Below, in pieces: positions 1 to 14,644 of a DNA stretch of 64,000 nucleotides. The stretch is from positions 22,754,001 to 22,818,000 of the forward strand of contig OX597824.1 in NCBI GenBank assembly GCA_951406725.2. The letters run 5' to 3'. Under the pieces are notes generated by a model that had not been told where the DNA came from, did not search any database, and saw only the letters and a list, made by a program, of their open reading frames with translations. Within the stretch, counting starts at the first letter, position 1. Every line of letters starts with the position of its first letter. Origin of the DNA: Octopus vulgaris (lineage: Eukaryota). The position numbers and the translations under genes are program-made.

Positions 1-82
<82 letters not shown>

Positions 83-151
83 CATACATGCATATATATA
101 TATATACATACATCATATATATATATACACATGCATATATATATATATATA
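1..151. repeat. (TA)n/(TACA)n microsatellite
   Basis: Direct read of sequence. Confidence 0.95.
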
Positions 152-215
152 TTTGCTACCTGTTCGGCTATCCAAATGGCAAGATCATTGTTGACTCGCA
201 TTTCTTAACCACGTT

Positions 216-253
216 CTTCTGATGATGGTCCTTTGTGCCAGAAATACACAAAG
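216..253 (+). ncRNA. Degenerate minimal hammerhead ribozyme motif (Penelope-type)
   Basis: ctt-CTGATGA-tgg...cca-GAAA-tacaca-aag; stem I ctt/aag and stem II tgg/cca pair; stem III decayed. Confidence 0.4.
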
Positions 254-585
254 GCTACTCAACTTTTCTCTTTGCATTGAAAGAAACTCTCTTTCTTTTC
301 ATTTATTTATTTATTTATTATTCCGCTCCTGTATCACAAAGCTTCAAGTACACTATAATGCTCTTCTTGTGTGTGTGTGTGTGTGCGTGTGTATGTTCAT
401 GTATGTTTATGTATGTGAAATTGGTTGCTTTTGACATGAATTTGATGTTTAAATGGCAGAGAAAATGAAAAGAAGATACTGTACTGTTTACCAAATTGAG
501 TTCAAATTTACTTCAGCCAATTTTGTTTTTCTGCATCAATTAATTTATTGCATTCAATCAATTTTCTGCATTCAACTAATTTTGT

Positions 586-1024
586 GGATTTTTCGGTTTG
601 AACGGCAGTTTTTAACATGATTTCTAGGTAACTAAAAAATTTTAAACTTCGTATACTGGTAGAATGTGTTTATAAAACATCTTTTTCTCTTGGCTTTATT
701 GAGAAAATTCTATAGTTTGTAAGATATTTGTGGTTATTTTTCTTCAATTTCTGCAATTTCAACCAATCAGTGATGTCTATTGAGGTAAACAACATTCTGT
801 GTCATATAAATATGTCCCTCGTTTAAGAAACAGATTGGGTTTATTTACATTTGTGAAGAAAAAAAAGATACCCTTCCCCCCACCCCTAACCCTAACCCTA
901 ACCCTAACTAACCCTAACTCTAAAAAAGATTGAAATGCAATAGATTGATACTAGGGTCATAATTATGGGTGACAATTTCATATGACACCGCTAGAAAAAG
1001 CTGCTGATCAAACCGAAAAGATCC
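586..1024. mobile_element. MITE with ~28-bp TIRs and internal telomere-like repeat
   Basis: Left ggatttttcggtttgaacggcagttttt vs right aaaaagctgctgatcaaaccgaaaagatcc; flanks aattttgt/aatttttt (7/8 possible TSD); CCCTAA units at 884-917. Confidence 0.75.
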
Positions 1025-1174
1025 AATTTTTTTTCACATGTTCAATCAACTCTCTGTATTAAAACAAATTCTCTGCATTTAAGCAGTGTTCTATACTCAC
1101 AGTTGGGGGTCAGTTGTTAATAATTTAGTGAGAGGAAGCAGTAAAAAAAAGCAAAGTTGAAATAATTATGCAGT

Positions 1175-1390
1175 AAGACAGACAGGCAGACAAACAGACT
1201 GACAGACAGAGAGGAAGGAATGCAGGCAGGCAAGCAGGCAAGAGTGGACAGATGGCTGGCTGGCTGGATGGATGGATGGATAGACAGATGGTCAGACAGA
1301 TGGATGGACAGAAAGACAATAAGGTAGGCAGGTAGACATGGATGGATTTATTGGTCAACTGATAGATGAACAGAAAAACAAACAGATGAA
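1175..1390. repeat. Degenerate (GACA)/(GGAT)/(GGCA) tetranucleotide repeat
   Basis: Direct read. Confidence 0.85.
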
Positions 1391-1452
1391 TAAAAATTAC
1401 TTTTAACATTGAAAGGGGAAAATTGAAAAAGCTAATTAAAAATATTTTCATT

Positions 1453-1552
<100 letters not shown>

Positions 1553-1597
1553 CAAACTTACTTAGAAATGGATGCGTGCGTTCCGTCATATAATAAA

Positions 1598-1975
1598 AAA
1601 TTAATAAATAAAACATATGCATATATACATACATATATGTACGTACCTACATCTACATGTATATACACATGCATATATGGGTACAGGACACCAAAAAAAA
1701 AAAAAGTTGAACACAATGAGAAACGAAAACATAAACACAAAACCAAGGAAATGGACATTTTTCTTAAGCAACAAAAAATAGAGTACAGGACATACAATGC
1801 AAAAGAATATTCCCCTTCTTCAGTTGCCTCTGTTTCATCTACTCCGCGTTTCGAAGGCTAACGTGGTCTACGTTTTTTTTGGTGTCCTGTACCCATATAT
1901 GCATGTATATATACATGTAGATGTAGCTACGTACATATATGTATGTATATATGCATATGTTTTATTTATTAATTT
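1598..1975. repeat. Long inverted repeat (~103-bp arms) around a Penelope-like pLTR fragment
   Basis: 1598-1700 is the near-perfect reverse complement of 1873-1975; spacer contains cgcgtttcg (GAAACGCG on minus strand). Confidence 0.85.
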
Positions 1976-2016
1976 GTTTTATATATATATATCGATCGAT
2001 AGATATAGATATATGT

Positions 2017-2305
2017 TTCTTTATTAGCCACACAGGGTTGAACACAGAGGGGACAAATTACAAAGTAGAGCTTTTCTTTTTGGGGAGAAAAAAATAAAAA
2101 AATAAAAATAAAAAATAAAAAGTGGGGTAGGTTTTCGATCAAAAGGGACCATTAAAAGAGAGAAAAAAAAACAACAATAGGGATTGTGTATCACAGAAAT
2201 GTCATGATGTAAAGTGTAAAGGGGGAAGCAGATAAGGTTTAACCGTGGAAAGAAAAGCATAAGTAAAAGACCACGGTAACCTCGGTCAATAATGTCACAT
2301 GTTAA
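2017..2305 (-). mobile_element. LINE 3' UTR fragment (possibly Tx1/L1 group)
   Basis: Minus strand ends tttgtcccctctgtgttcaaccctgtgtggctaataaagaaa; similar end at 60207-60235; clade assignment is inference. Confidence 0.45.
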
Positions 2306-2441
2306 CACATTTATTTGCGAGTAAGTAACTCTCTGTTTTAAATTTTTCCGGGTTCATGGGATTATGCTCAAGGTGGCTTTGTCATTCATATGTACCATTC
2401 TTGCTACATTCACCCATCTTTTTTTTTTAAACATTCGCTTA

Positions 2442-2584
2442 CATAGACAGATAAATAGATAGGGTGAGAGACAGTGGGGAGGGTGTGAGAGAGATAGATA
2501 GACAGGCAGATAGATAGATAGATAGATAGATGGATAGATGGATAGATAGATAGATAGATGGATAGATGGATAGATGGATAGATG

Positions 2585-2655
<71 letters not shown>

Positions 2656-2795
2656 TGACAGACAGACAGACAGATAGACAGACAAACGGATGGATGGATT
2701 AATGGATGGACTGATGAATGGAGGGATGGATGGATGGATGGATGGATGGACTGTCAGACAGACAATTGGATAGACGAATGGACAGACAGGCAAAT
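2442..2795. repeat. (GATA)n/(GGAT)n/(GACA)n compound microsatellite
   Basis: Direct read. Confidence 0.95.
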
Positions 2796-2962
2796 ATGAA
2801 GGCAAATGTTAGTTTTAACATTTAAGGATTATTAATGAGCTAACTGGAAATAATTATGTAGATAGACAGAAAGTTACAGGGCCGGTAAACACACCAGCAT
2901 CAGTTGTCAAAACACAGATGCACATACACACACATACATATATATTATTTCTTTGCCGCATT

Positions 2963-3016
2963 TATCACTGATGAAGGGAAGGTTCTTATGAACTAACTCT
3001 GAAATCGGGTCCGATA
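2963..3016 (+). ncRNA. Minimal type I hammerhead ribozyme motif in Penelope-like repeat (2945-3155)
   Basis: tatca-CTGATGA-agggaaggttc..gaactaactct-GAAA-tcggg-TC-cgata. Confidence 0.6.
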
Positions 3017-3150
3017 TGGTAATAACGGGATTTTTTAGAAATTCCTGTCGGCTTTCTTTGAAACACGTGCTTGTAGTGATAAATTACATAGTTATTGATA
3101 TTATGTCTATTTTGGCATTAGAAATTTTTTTCTTTTGCCCTTACTTATAA

Positions 3151-3195
<45 letters not shown>

Positions 3196-3235
3196 CGGGC
3201 TTCTTTCAGTTTCCCTCTACCAAATCCACTCACAA

Positions 3236-3553
3236 CTGAATGTGTGTCACGAACTGAAAGAACAGTTAGAAGTTGATCTGGATTTTTTTCTGAAGGTCTT
3301 CACTGGTGACGAAATCTGGTGCTCTGGAATTTGCAGATGTGGAAGAGGTAAAGAAAAAAAAAACAAAAAAAAAAAAACAGCAGAGGCATTAAAAGGTGTC
3401 ACTTTGCAAGAATTTCACTTTGAACAGTGGAAAATGTGTCTGGACCAATGTATTGCTTCAAACGGAGCATACTTTGAAGGCAATAAAAGTGTAAACCATG
3501 TAAAGAAACTGATATTGCAAAATTCCAATTTCTTTTGGGTACCTCCTTGTATA
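3236..3553 (+). pseudogene. Mariner transposase remnant (internally deleted) with right TIR
   Basis: CHELKEQLEVDLDFFLKVFTGDEIWC and EQWKMCLDQCIASNGAYFEG motifs; ends gggtacctccttg-TA. Confidence 0.8.
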
Positions 3554-3938
3554 TATATATATATATATATAATAATAATAATTATTTGAGGGAATAAAAT
3601 CCAAAACTTACAAGGAAAAAATTCAATTTAGAAATACTAAATCAAATTTCACACAATATGATATACATAAAAAATTAGAAAAAAAACACCTTTTATCAAT
3701 TCAAAATGAACAATTAAATTAAACCGACTAGAAAATTACATATAATAGAAATATTAAAATTAAAATAACCACAATGATTAAGTAAATTGCAAAAAAAAAA
3801 TAATAATAAAAACGTATATAATTTGTATAATTAATATTTCTATTATATGTAATTTTCTAGATGGTTTAATTTAACTGTTAATTTTGAATTGATAAAAGGT
3901 AGATTTTTAAAAAGTCTCATTATCTCTCTACACTCCCA

Positions 3939-4011
<73 letters not shown>

Positions 4012-4109
4012 CATACACATACATATATATGAACATGCATACACATATATATGCAGGTATGTGTCTTTGTGTTTATGAATGTGTATATATATATGTGTGT
4101 GTGTGTGTG

Positions 4110-4480
4110 TATTCTTTTATTCTTTTACTTGTTTCAATCATTTCAGTCATTTGACTGTGGCCACACTGGAGCACCACCTTCAGTTGTTTTAGTGAAGGAA
4201 ATTGATCAAAGGACTTATTTTTTTGCAAGTTTAGTACTTATTATATATCAGTCTTTTTTACTGAACTGCTAAGTTATGGTGGAATAAACACACCAGCGAT
4301 GTTGGGGGAACAAACACAGACACAGTCACACATACACACAAATAAAGGCATCTTTCAGCTTCTGTTTATCAAGATTTTGGTCTGCCTAAGGCTATAGTAG
4401 AAAATACTTGTCAAAGGAGCCACAAAATGGTACTGAATCCGGAACTAAGCTTCTTATCACACAGCCACGTCTGCACCTAT
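4110..4480 (-). mobile_element. tRNA-derived SINE family A (diverged)
   Basis: Matches other copies, e.g. 12426-12842. Confidence 0.8.
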
Positions 4481-7110
<2,630 letters not shown>

Positions 7111-7334
7111 ATATATATATATATATATATTATATTAAACTTTTTAATACTTTTTGATAGTTATAAAAATTATAAATATGAATTAATAATTTTAAATTTA
7201 AATTTAAATAGTTTAAATTTTTTAATTCTATATTTTATATTTTTTGTATATTATATTAATTATTTTTATTTTTATGTTTTGGTTTATGTTTTTCACTGTT
7301 TGATTTGCCTAATAGTGGTTTTATCTCTAATTTA

Positions 7335-7373
<39 letters not shown>

Positions 7374-7516
7374 TATACTAGCCATCTCAATATGGCTAAC
7401 CACTAAGGGTGGGTGTTATATATATATATATATATATGTATGTATATATATATATATACATATATATTTATAGATATACATTCATTTACATATGTATGTG
7501 TATATATATATATATG

Positions 7517-7549
<33 letters not shown>

Positions 7550-7795
7550 GTTTATATATATATAAATATATATGTGCATGTGTGTATGTGTATATGTATG
7601 TATGTGCGTGCATGCGTGTGTGTGCATGCACATGTGTGTGTGCGTGTGCATGTATTTGTGGGTATGCATGGTATTTGTATTATTTAGACGGCTGCGTGGG
7701 TGGTGTAACAGTTGTTTAAAGTCATCTCGATTCTCTGTGGCTGGTTGACTAAAGTGTAAAGGTTAATAACACATGATTGTTCTTTATTATCCCAG

Positions 7796-7982
7796 CTTAC
7801 CATCGTTTGTCCTTTATCCACCCTTGGTTAAAAGAAACAACAAAAAAAGCAAAACGGATCAAAAAAGAGAAAATGACAAATGAATCGGCACAACATGAGA
7901 ATGCTGACATATCCTCTTGCAAAAAATGTTCTCCAGGATGTATCACACCCGCTTCTTTCTCAGGATTTGAAACAAAAATTAT
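7796..7982 (+). CDS. Candidate host coding exon (unknown protein)
   Basis: Acceptor ttctttattatcccAG, donor AT|GTAAGT, open frame YHRLSFIHPWLKETTKKAKRIKKEKMTNES...GFETKI in non-repetitive DNA. Confidence 0.45.
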
Positions 7983-8308
7983 GTAAGTACTGAAAAGGAA
8001 TGAAAATATATATATATATATATAGAAGATTATTATCCAATCAGAGAATGAAGCTAGGTCCGTCCTGAGATTTAAACATGGGATTATATAGAGTGAAATA
8101 GATAGAAAGATAGGTATGTAGGTGGGTGGGCTGGTGGGTAGGTGGGTAGGTAGGTGGGTAGGTAGGTGGGTAGGCGGGTAGATGAGTGGATGAATAGTTA
8201 GAGAGATAGATAGATAGAAGAATTGATGGGCATTCACTGTAAAACTCAAAGGTATAATGTGATAGGTATAGATAAAAATATATATATGCATTCATATATG
8301 TATGTATG

Positions 8309-8340
<32 letters not shown>

Positions 8341-8362
8341 CTCATACATATATATACATACG

Positions 8363-8456
<94 letters not shown>

Positions 8457-8535
8457 CATACATATATACATACACACACACATATATATATATATGTATG
8501 TATGTATGTATGTGTGTGTGTGTGTACATATATAT

Positions 8536-8776
8536 GTGGAGATGCAATGACCTAGTGGTTAGAGCAGCAGACTCGCAGTCACAGGATCGTGGTTTCGATT
8601 CCCAGACCAGGCGTTGTGAGTGTTCATTGAACAAAAACACCTAAAGCTGCACGGTGCTCCGGCAGGGTGGGGGTGGCAAACCCTGCTGTACTCTTTCACC
8701 ACAACTTTCTCTCACTCTTTCTTCCTGTTTGTGTTGTACCCGTATTTCGAAGGGCCAGCCTTGTCACGCTGAATCT
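8536..8776 (+). mobile_element. tRNA-derived SINE family C
   Basis: A box tgacctagtggtt, B box ggtttcgattccc; body shared with 18393, 29503, 46833. Confidence 0.85.
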
Positions 8777-8830
8777 TATCAAGTGGCAAGCATGGGAATA
8801 AAAACCTTCAAAGGTAATAATTATTATTAA

Positions 8831-8993
8831 AATTATAATTTAGGGTATCTAAGAGATACCACAACGCTGGAAATAGCAGCCAAATCTTGACTCTAAATGC
8901 ACATTAAATGTTCACATTAATGTGCATTTAGAGTCAAGTTTTGGCTGCTATTTCCAGTGTGGAGGTATCTCTTAGATACCCTAAATTATAATT
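8831..8993. repeat. ~160-bp near-perfect palindrome
   Basis: aattataatttagggtatctaagagatacc...ggtatctcttagataccctaaattataatt. Confidence 0.9.
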
Positions 8994-8994
8994 G

Positions 8995-9054
8995 TGGTAT
9001 TGGTGGCGGTGGCGGCGGCGGCAGCGGTGGCGGTGGCGGTGGTGGTGGTGATGA

Positions 9055-9086
<32 letters not shown>

Positions 9087-9140
9087 ATGGTGGTGGTGGT
9101 GGTGGTGGTGGTGGTGGTGGTGGTGAAGATGATGATGATA
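8995..9140. repeat. (GGT)/(GGC)/(GAT) trinucleotide repeat
   Basis: Direct read. Confidence 0.9.
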
Positions 9141-9266
9141 GCCATTTCATGTTTGAGTGGATTAGGCCAACCACTTCTTTTTTTATTACTAGATAATCCT
9201 AATCTATACTTAATCTCGTTCATATAAGTATTATGTAATTTTGGGTCCCGAAATTAGTCGTATATC

Positions 9267-9438
9267 AATGCTGGTATGTTTACGTCCCTGTAACTTAGCG
9301 GTTCGGCAAAAAGAGTACTAGAATAAGTACTAGGCTTACAAAGAATAAGTCCTGGGATCAATTTGCTCGACTAAAGGCGGTGCTCCAGCATGGCCACAGT
9401 CAAATGACTGAAACAAGTAAAAGAGTAAAGAGTAAGAG
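9267..9438 (+). mobile_element. SINE family A, 3' half
   Basis: Tail ggcggtgctccagcatggccacagtcaaatgactgaaac. Confidence 0.85.
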
Positions 9439-10019
9439 TATGTATGAATGTGTGTATGTGTGTGTGTGTGTGTGTATGTATGTGCGTGTATGTGTGTTAG
9501 TAAGTTGCTTTGTTTCATTGGCATCATGTGATTATTGTAAATGAATGCCATCATTTCCAATATTCTGTGGGAACATTTCTGGTCACTGGGAAATATTATC
9601 TTGCCTAAAAAAACAAAAAGCCCACAGTTCAGGGTTGGCGACAGGAAGGGACTTCCACTGTGAAAAATCTGCCTCAATAAACTCGGTCTGATGCATGCAA
9701 GCACAATAAAGTGGATGGTAAATTGACAATGATGAAGAGAAGGCTGACAGAAGAGCAGTGTGGCTTCTTTGAAGCATTGGGATAAAGAAGCACAATGAGA
9801 ATAGACAAAATGCTTTTTACAATGTGGGTAAAAAGAATAAAATTTGTAACCTAATATTTTGGGCAATGGCTCATCATCAAAAGTAAACAAAGAATTATTG
9901 GTCTGTTCATATACTGACAATGTTAGATATAATGTGATCAGTAGATGTAGAAGGGCTGGTAGTAGTAGGTGAAGAGGAATCATTAGCATCCATACCCTGT
10001 GGAATCTGTGTAATCCTGT

Positions 10020-10363
10020 GCAGGTGGCAAGTAAAGAAACACCATTTCGACCCTGTGCTTGAGGAGACCTATCGAGTCAAGTACATCAACATCAAAAATC
10101 AATGGAAATTGTAGTTGTGATCACTGTACCGGTGGCACGTAAAAAGCACCAATTCCAATCGTGGCCGTTGCCAGCCTCGCCTGGCACCTGTGCCGGTGGC
10201 ACGTAAAAAGCACCCACTACACTCACGGAGTGGTTGGCGTTAGGAAGGGCATCCAGCTGTAGAAACACTGCCAGATCAGACTGGAGCCTGGTGCAGCCTT
10301 CTGGCTTCCCAGATCCCGGTCGAACCGTCCAACCCATGCTAGCATGGAAAACGGACGTTCAAC
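10020..10363 (+). mobile_element. RTE LINE 3' UTR copy
   Basis: gtgccggtggcacgtaaaaagcacc modules plus terminal ggagtggttggcgttaggaagggcatccagc block. Confidence 0.85.
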
Positions 10364-10959
10364 AGTCCTAATAGCAGCAACCTACAATAGTAGTAGTGGT
10401 GGTGATTCCCCAAACAGTGCTGGTGGTGGTCACGAATACCATAGTAAAGGCAATGGTGAGTAGCAAGCCATTGATCTATACCAGTCATGATGCTAAGCAA
10501 TTAAATTGAAGCTAGTGGTATTGGTGTTAGATGTAGCAACAGAGTCATTGAGGTGTGAGTTGGTGATAACGGTAGTGGAACAAGCATTAACAGCCATGGA
10601 GGTAGTGATATTAATAATAGTAGCTATGAATTCAATGTCGGCAAGCAACTTGTACAAGTTATTGGCCAAACTCCAGTCAATTATTGATCTTCGGGTTAAG
10701 TCAGTGGATAATCAAATATTCTTTGATTTGGAGATTTCCAGCATTTCTGTCGCCAATCATTATAGAAAGAAGGAGGTGCAGTGAATGGGGTACCCAGACG
10801 GAGACATGGTCAATGTTAAATATCATCTTGGTGAGGGGAAGTGAAGAACATAGGATAGGTGTGGATTAGAGAGGAAGAAATGGTAAGTGACAATAATAGG
10901 AAGAGGATGTGAAATCCAGGGATTTCAAGTGACTAGTGTTGTTGTTAGAAGAGCGATAA

Positions 10960-11297
10960 GGCATATGGATCGGTGGTTAGAGCATTGGGCTCACAATCAT
11001 GAGGTAGTGAGTTCAATTCCCAGACAGGGCTGTGAGTTGTGTTCTTGAGCAAGACACTTCATTTCACATTGCTCCTGTTCACTCAGCTAAAGAAATGAGT
11101 TGTAACGTCACTGGTACCAAGCTGTATCGACCTTTGCCTTTTCTTTGGATAACATCAGTGGCATGGAGAGGGAAGGCTGGTATGCATGGGTGACTGTTGG
11201 TCTTCCATAAACAACCTTGCCCAGAATAGTGCCTCAGAGGGGAACTTTCTAGGTACAACCCCGTGGTCATTCTTTACCTTTTTACCCTTTTACTTTT
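10960..11297 (+). mobile_element. tRNA-derived SINE (C-related head, different tail)
   Basis: A/B boxes, gttcttgagcaagacactt central block, (TTTTACC) tail. Confidence 0.75.
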
Positions 11298-11344
11298 AAG
11301 AAGAATGAGGGTGAGATGGGTTGTAAGGGAAAGCTTTACAGGAC

Positions 11345-12217
11345 TTCCTTTTTGCTTAGATGAACAGATTTTCTCAAGGACATTGTATCACCAGTCATCT
11401 CCGTCCTTTGTCATCTCAGAGAGGCCCAACATCCTATGGTTGATCTTTTGCCACTTCATCCCATATCTTTCTAGGTTCCCTCTGTCACAGTTTCCGCCCT
11501 CATGATTGGCTCTTCTTTATGCAGTTGTACACAATCATCCTCATCATTTGATCATACCAGTACAGTTTTCTCACTTGCACATCATATCTAATGCTTCTTA
11601 TGCTCAATTTTTCTCTCAACACATTTGCACTTTGTCATACAAGTAGACTGATATTGCACACTCAGCGGAGCATGTTAGCTTCTTTTTCTTATTTCTTTAT
11701 TGCCCACAAGGGCCTAAAAATAGATGGGACAAACAAGGACAGACAAACGAATTAAGTCGATTATATCGACCCCTGTGCATAACTGGTACTTAATTTATTG
11801 ATCTTGAAAGGATGAAAAGCAAAGTCGACCTCGGCAGAATTTGAACTCAGAACGTAACAGTAGACGAAATACCTATTTCTTTACTACCAACAAGGGGCTA
11901 AACACAGAGATGACAAACAAGGACAGACAAATGGATTAAGTCGATTATATCGATTCCAGTGTGTAACTGGTACTTTATTTATCGACCCCGAAAGGATGAA
12001 AGGCAAAGTCGACCACGGTGGAATTTGAACTCAGAACATAACGGCAGACGAAATACCGCTAAACATTTCTCTCGGCGCGCTAACGTTTCTGCCAGCTTGC
12101 CACCTTGTTAGCTTCTTTTTCTTTCTAGTTTTTGCATGACCTCTGGCCCATGTTTCACAACCATGTAGCATTAAAGTTCATAGACCAGCATCATACAATT
12201 TACCTTTCACTCCAGAT
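11345..12217 (-). pseudogene. Decayed RTE ORF2 C-terminal fragment interrupted by a SINE dimer
   Basis: Minus-strand KGKLYDA..LMLHGCETWA..EANMLR..LREKLSIRSIR..LYWY with stops and frameshifts. Confidence 0.7.
11691..12105 (-). mobile_element. SINE family B dimer with 18-bp TSD
   Basis: TSD tgttagcttctttttctt at 11673-11690 and 12106-12123; two tandem units. Confidence 0.9.
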
Positions 12218-12425
12218 AGGTGCATCAGGGATTGTGTTAGTAGATTTCAGGAAGTAAAGAATTTTTTAAGAATACAGTGTTCTGACAGCTAACAACTGGT
12301 TCAGATGATTTATTTCATGCGTCATCAGTTCTGAGTGTGAAAGAAGTGTTTTCAAAAGTCATGGTCACTATTCTGTTTTTTTTTTATATTTTTATATTTT
12401 TATAAGAATGTCCATGAGTGGTAGA

Positions 12426-12842
12426 TACTCTTTTACTCTTTTACTCTTTTACTTGTTTCAGTCATTTGACTGCGGCCATGCTGGAGCACCGCCTTTAGTC
12501 GAGCAAATCGACCCCGGGACTTATTCTTTGTAAGCCCAGTACTTATTCAATTGGTCTCTTCTGCCGAACCGCTAAGTGACGGGGACGTAAACACACCAGC
12601 ATCGGTTGTCAAGCAACGCTAGGGGGACAAACACAGACACACAAACATATACACAAGCATACATATATACATATATACGACAGGCTTCTTTCAGTTTCCG
12701 TCTACCAAATCCACTCACAAGGCATTGGTCGGCCCGGGGCTATAGCAGAAGACACTTGCCCAAGATGCCACGCAGTGGGACTGAACCCGGAACCATGTGG
12801 TTGGTTATCAAGCTACTTACCACACAGCCACTCCTGCGCCTA
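12426..12842 (-). mobile_element. Full-length SINE family A
   Basis: Head ggagtggctgtgtggtaag...gggttcagtccc, internal (TA/TG)n, (GAGTAAAA)n tail. Confidence 0.92.
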
Positions 12843-13125
12843 TGTGTAGAATTCAAGAAGATGAGTAAAGTTGTTGGAAAGATGGTGGATAATCTTGTGT
12901 GCTTCGACTAAATCAGCCATTAGATATTGAAACTTTAGTGTGGCAATGTTCAGTGAAGCAATACATTCAAGATATGGTACATGACTGATAGAAGCTATTT
13001 GTCGTGTTACACAATTACGAACAGCTACTAACAAATCAATATTCTGGACAAGGTTAAGGTTCCAGACTGGAGATGCAAACTCTAAGCACAAAATGAAAGT
13101 CATAAACATGCTGACGGGAAATAAC
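12843..13125 (-). pseudogene. Old CR1/Jockey-type ORF2 C-terminal fragment
   Basis: LEFASPVWNLNLVQNIDLL...IASISHVPYLECIASLNIATL...ADLVEAHKII. Confidence 0.7.
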
Positions 13126-13143
13126 ATCATTAGGTGAGACAAG

Positions 13144-13205
13144 CTGACTGAATCAGCTTCACTGACTGAATCAGCTTCACTGACTGAATCAGCTTCACTG
13201 ACTGA
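13144..13205. repeat. 18-bp tandem repeat x3.4 (ctgactgaatcagcttca)
   Basis: Perfect copies, direct read. Confidence 0.9.
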
Positions 13206-13276
13206 CAGGTGACGGTCGTTTAGAAAAAGCACGGGCTAAAACTACGCGCCTTCACTAGTCAGTTAAGGTGAGACAG

Positions 13277-13763
13277 TGTCACGTGACAACTTGCTGGGGC
13301 TACCTGCTGGAGCCTATGCGGCAGGTATTTAAAGGGAAAAATTTGACAAGACAGTCAGTCACCGGCTGACACTCACTGACGATACATCGAAGAGGCCAGG
13401 GAACAGAAGAAAGAAGAAGAAAGAAGACATGCACCCAACACCAGAGCTGAAGACACCTCCGAAATGAAGGGGGCTGCCACATCAAAACGGTAGAGGAGTA
13501 GGGGCCAAAACTGGACGTGGTTCCTCCTGATGATGTCTTGAGCTAACTGGATCCTACAAAGGAGCTGTTGTGGTAGCAGACCACAAAACACGGTTGTAAT
13601 TCTTCCTGGTATGAAACTCTGAAGAGAACTGAACTCAGGCACGTGTTTTGGTCCTTCTTACTCTCTAAGAAGGCCAGGCTGTATCCAGGTTATGACTTCA
13701 GGATGCCTTTTGCTGACACTTTCTAACTTCTTCAATATCGGAGACTTGTGCATTTAAACTACA
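13277..13763 (+). mobile_element. Possible solo LTR
   Basis: TGT...ACA ends, TATA-like tatttaaa, GC-richer than flanks; no TSD found. Confidence 0.25.
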
Positions 13764-13819
13764 CGGAGATTTCATCTAGCTGGAACTCCTTGCTATTGCT
13801 TCTACCTTCAGACTTACAC

Positions 13820-14046
13820 TTAACCCTTTAGTATTTAAACCGGCCATATCCGGCCAAAATATTTAATCTGTTTTATGTTCAAACTGATCCGATCCAGGCT
13901 CTCACACCTACACTACAATGTTATTCTACATTAAGTAATTACACCATCAAGATCTTGAAGATATGAGATAATGCATGATTAATTCAAATAAATGGGACTC
14001 AATAGGCATTATGTTCGATTGAATAATCTGAACACTAAAGGGTTAA
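13820..14046. mobile_element. piggyBac-type MITE
   Basis: TTAA TSD both sides, TIR ccctttagt/actaaaggg; inverted sister copy at 60361-60590. Confidence 0.88.
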
Positions 14047-14154
14047 ATAAGAAATTACATAGACTGTCACGATAGTGGTGAAACATCAACAGTGCCAATG
14101 CTACCAGCATGACTCACTCAGAGTTACTTCCCCTGGCGTTAAAATACAAATATT

Positions 14155-14387
14155 TATTTCTTTATTGCCCACAAGGGGCCAAACATAGAGGGGAGAAACA
14201 AGGACAGACAAAGGGATTAAGTCGATTACAACGACCTCAGTGCGTAACTGGTACTTATTTAATCGACACCGAAAGAATGAAAGACAAAGTCAATCTCGGT
14301 GGAATTTGAACTCGGAATGTAGCAGCAGACGAAATACTGCTAGGCATTTTGCCTGGCGTGCTAACGATTCAGCCAGCTTGCCATCTT
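14155..14387 (-). mobile_element. SINE family B monomer with 21-bp TSD
   Basis: TSD tggcgttaaaatacaaatatt at 14134-14154 and 14388-14408. Confidence 0.9.
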
Positions 14388-14644
14388 TGGCGTTAAAATA
14401 CAAATATTGACTTCAAATGGTAGCACAACAATATATAGCTTTGGATAAGGTGGTGAGCTGGTAGACTCATTAGCATACTAGGCAAGATGTTTAACCGCAA
14501 TTTGTTTGTCTCTAAATTCTGAGTTCAAATTCTGCTGAAGTCGATTTTGCCTTTTATCCTTTAAGGGCCAATAAAATAAGTAACAATAAGTAGTCTTATC
14601 CCATCATGCAAAATTGCTGGCCTTTTGTCAAAATTTGAAACTAA

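Noticed and set aside
884-917. True telomere or fusion scar
   Set aside because: Only five units, inside a TIR-bounded element
10640-10960. Possible old LINE fragment on minus strand (PHLSY-like)
   Set aside because: Too degenerate to support
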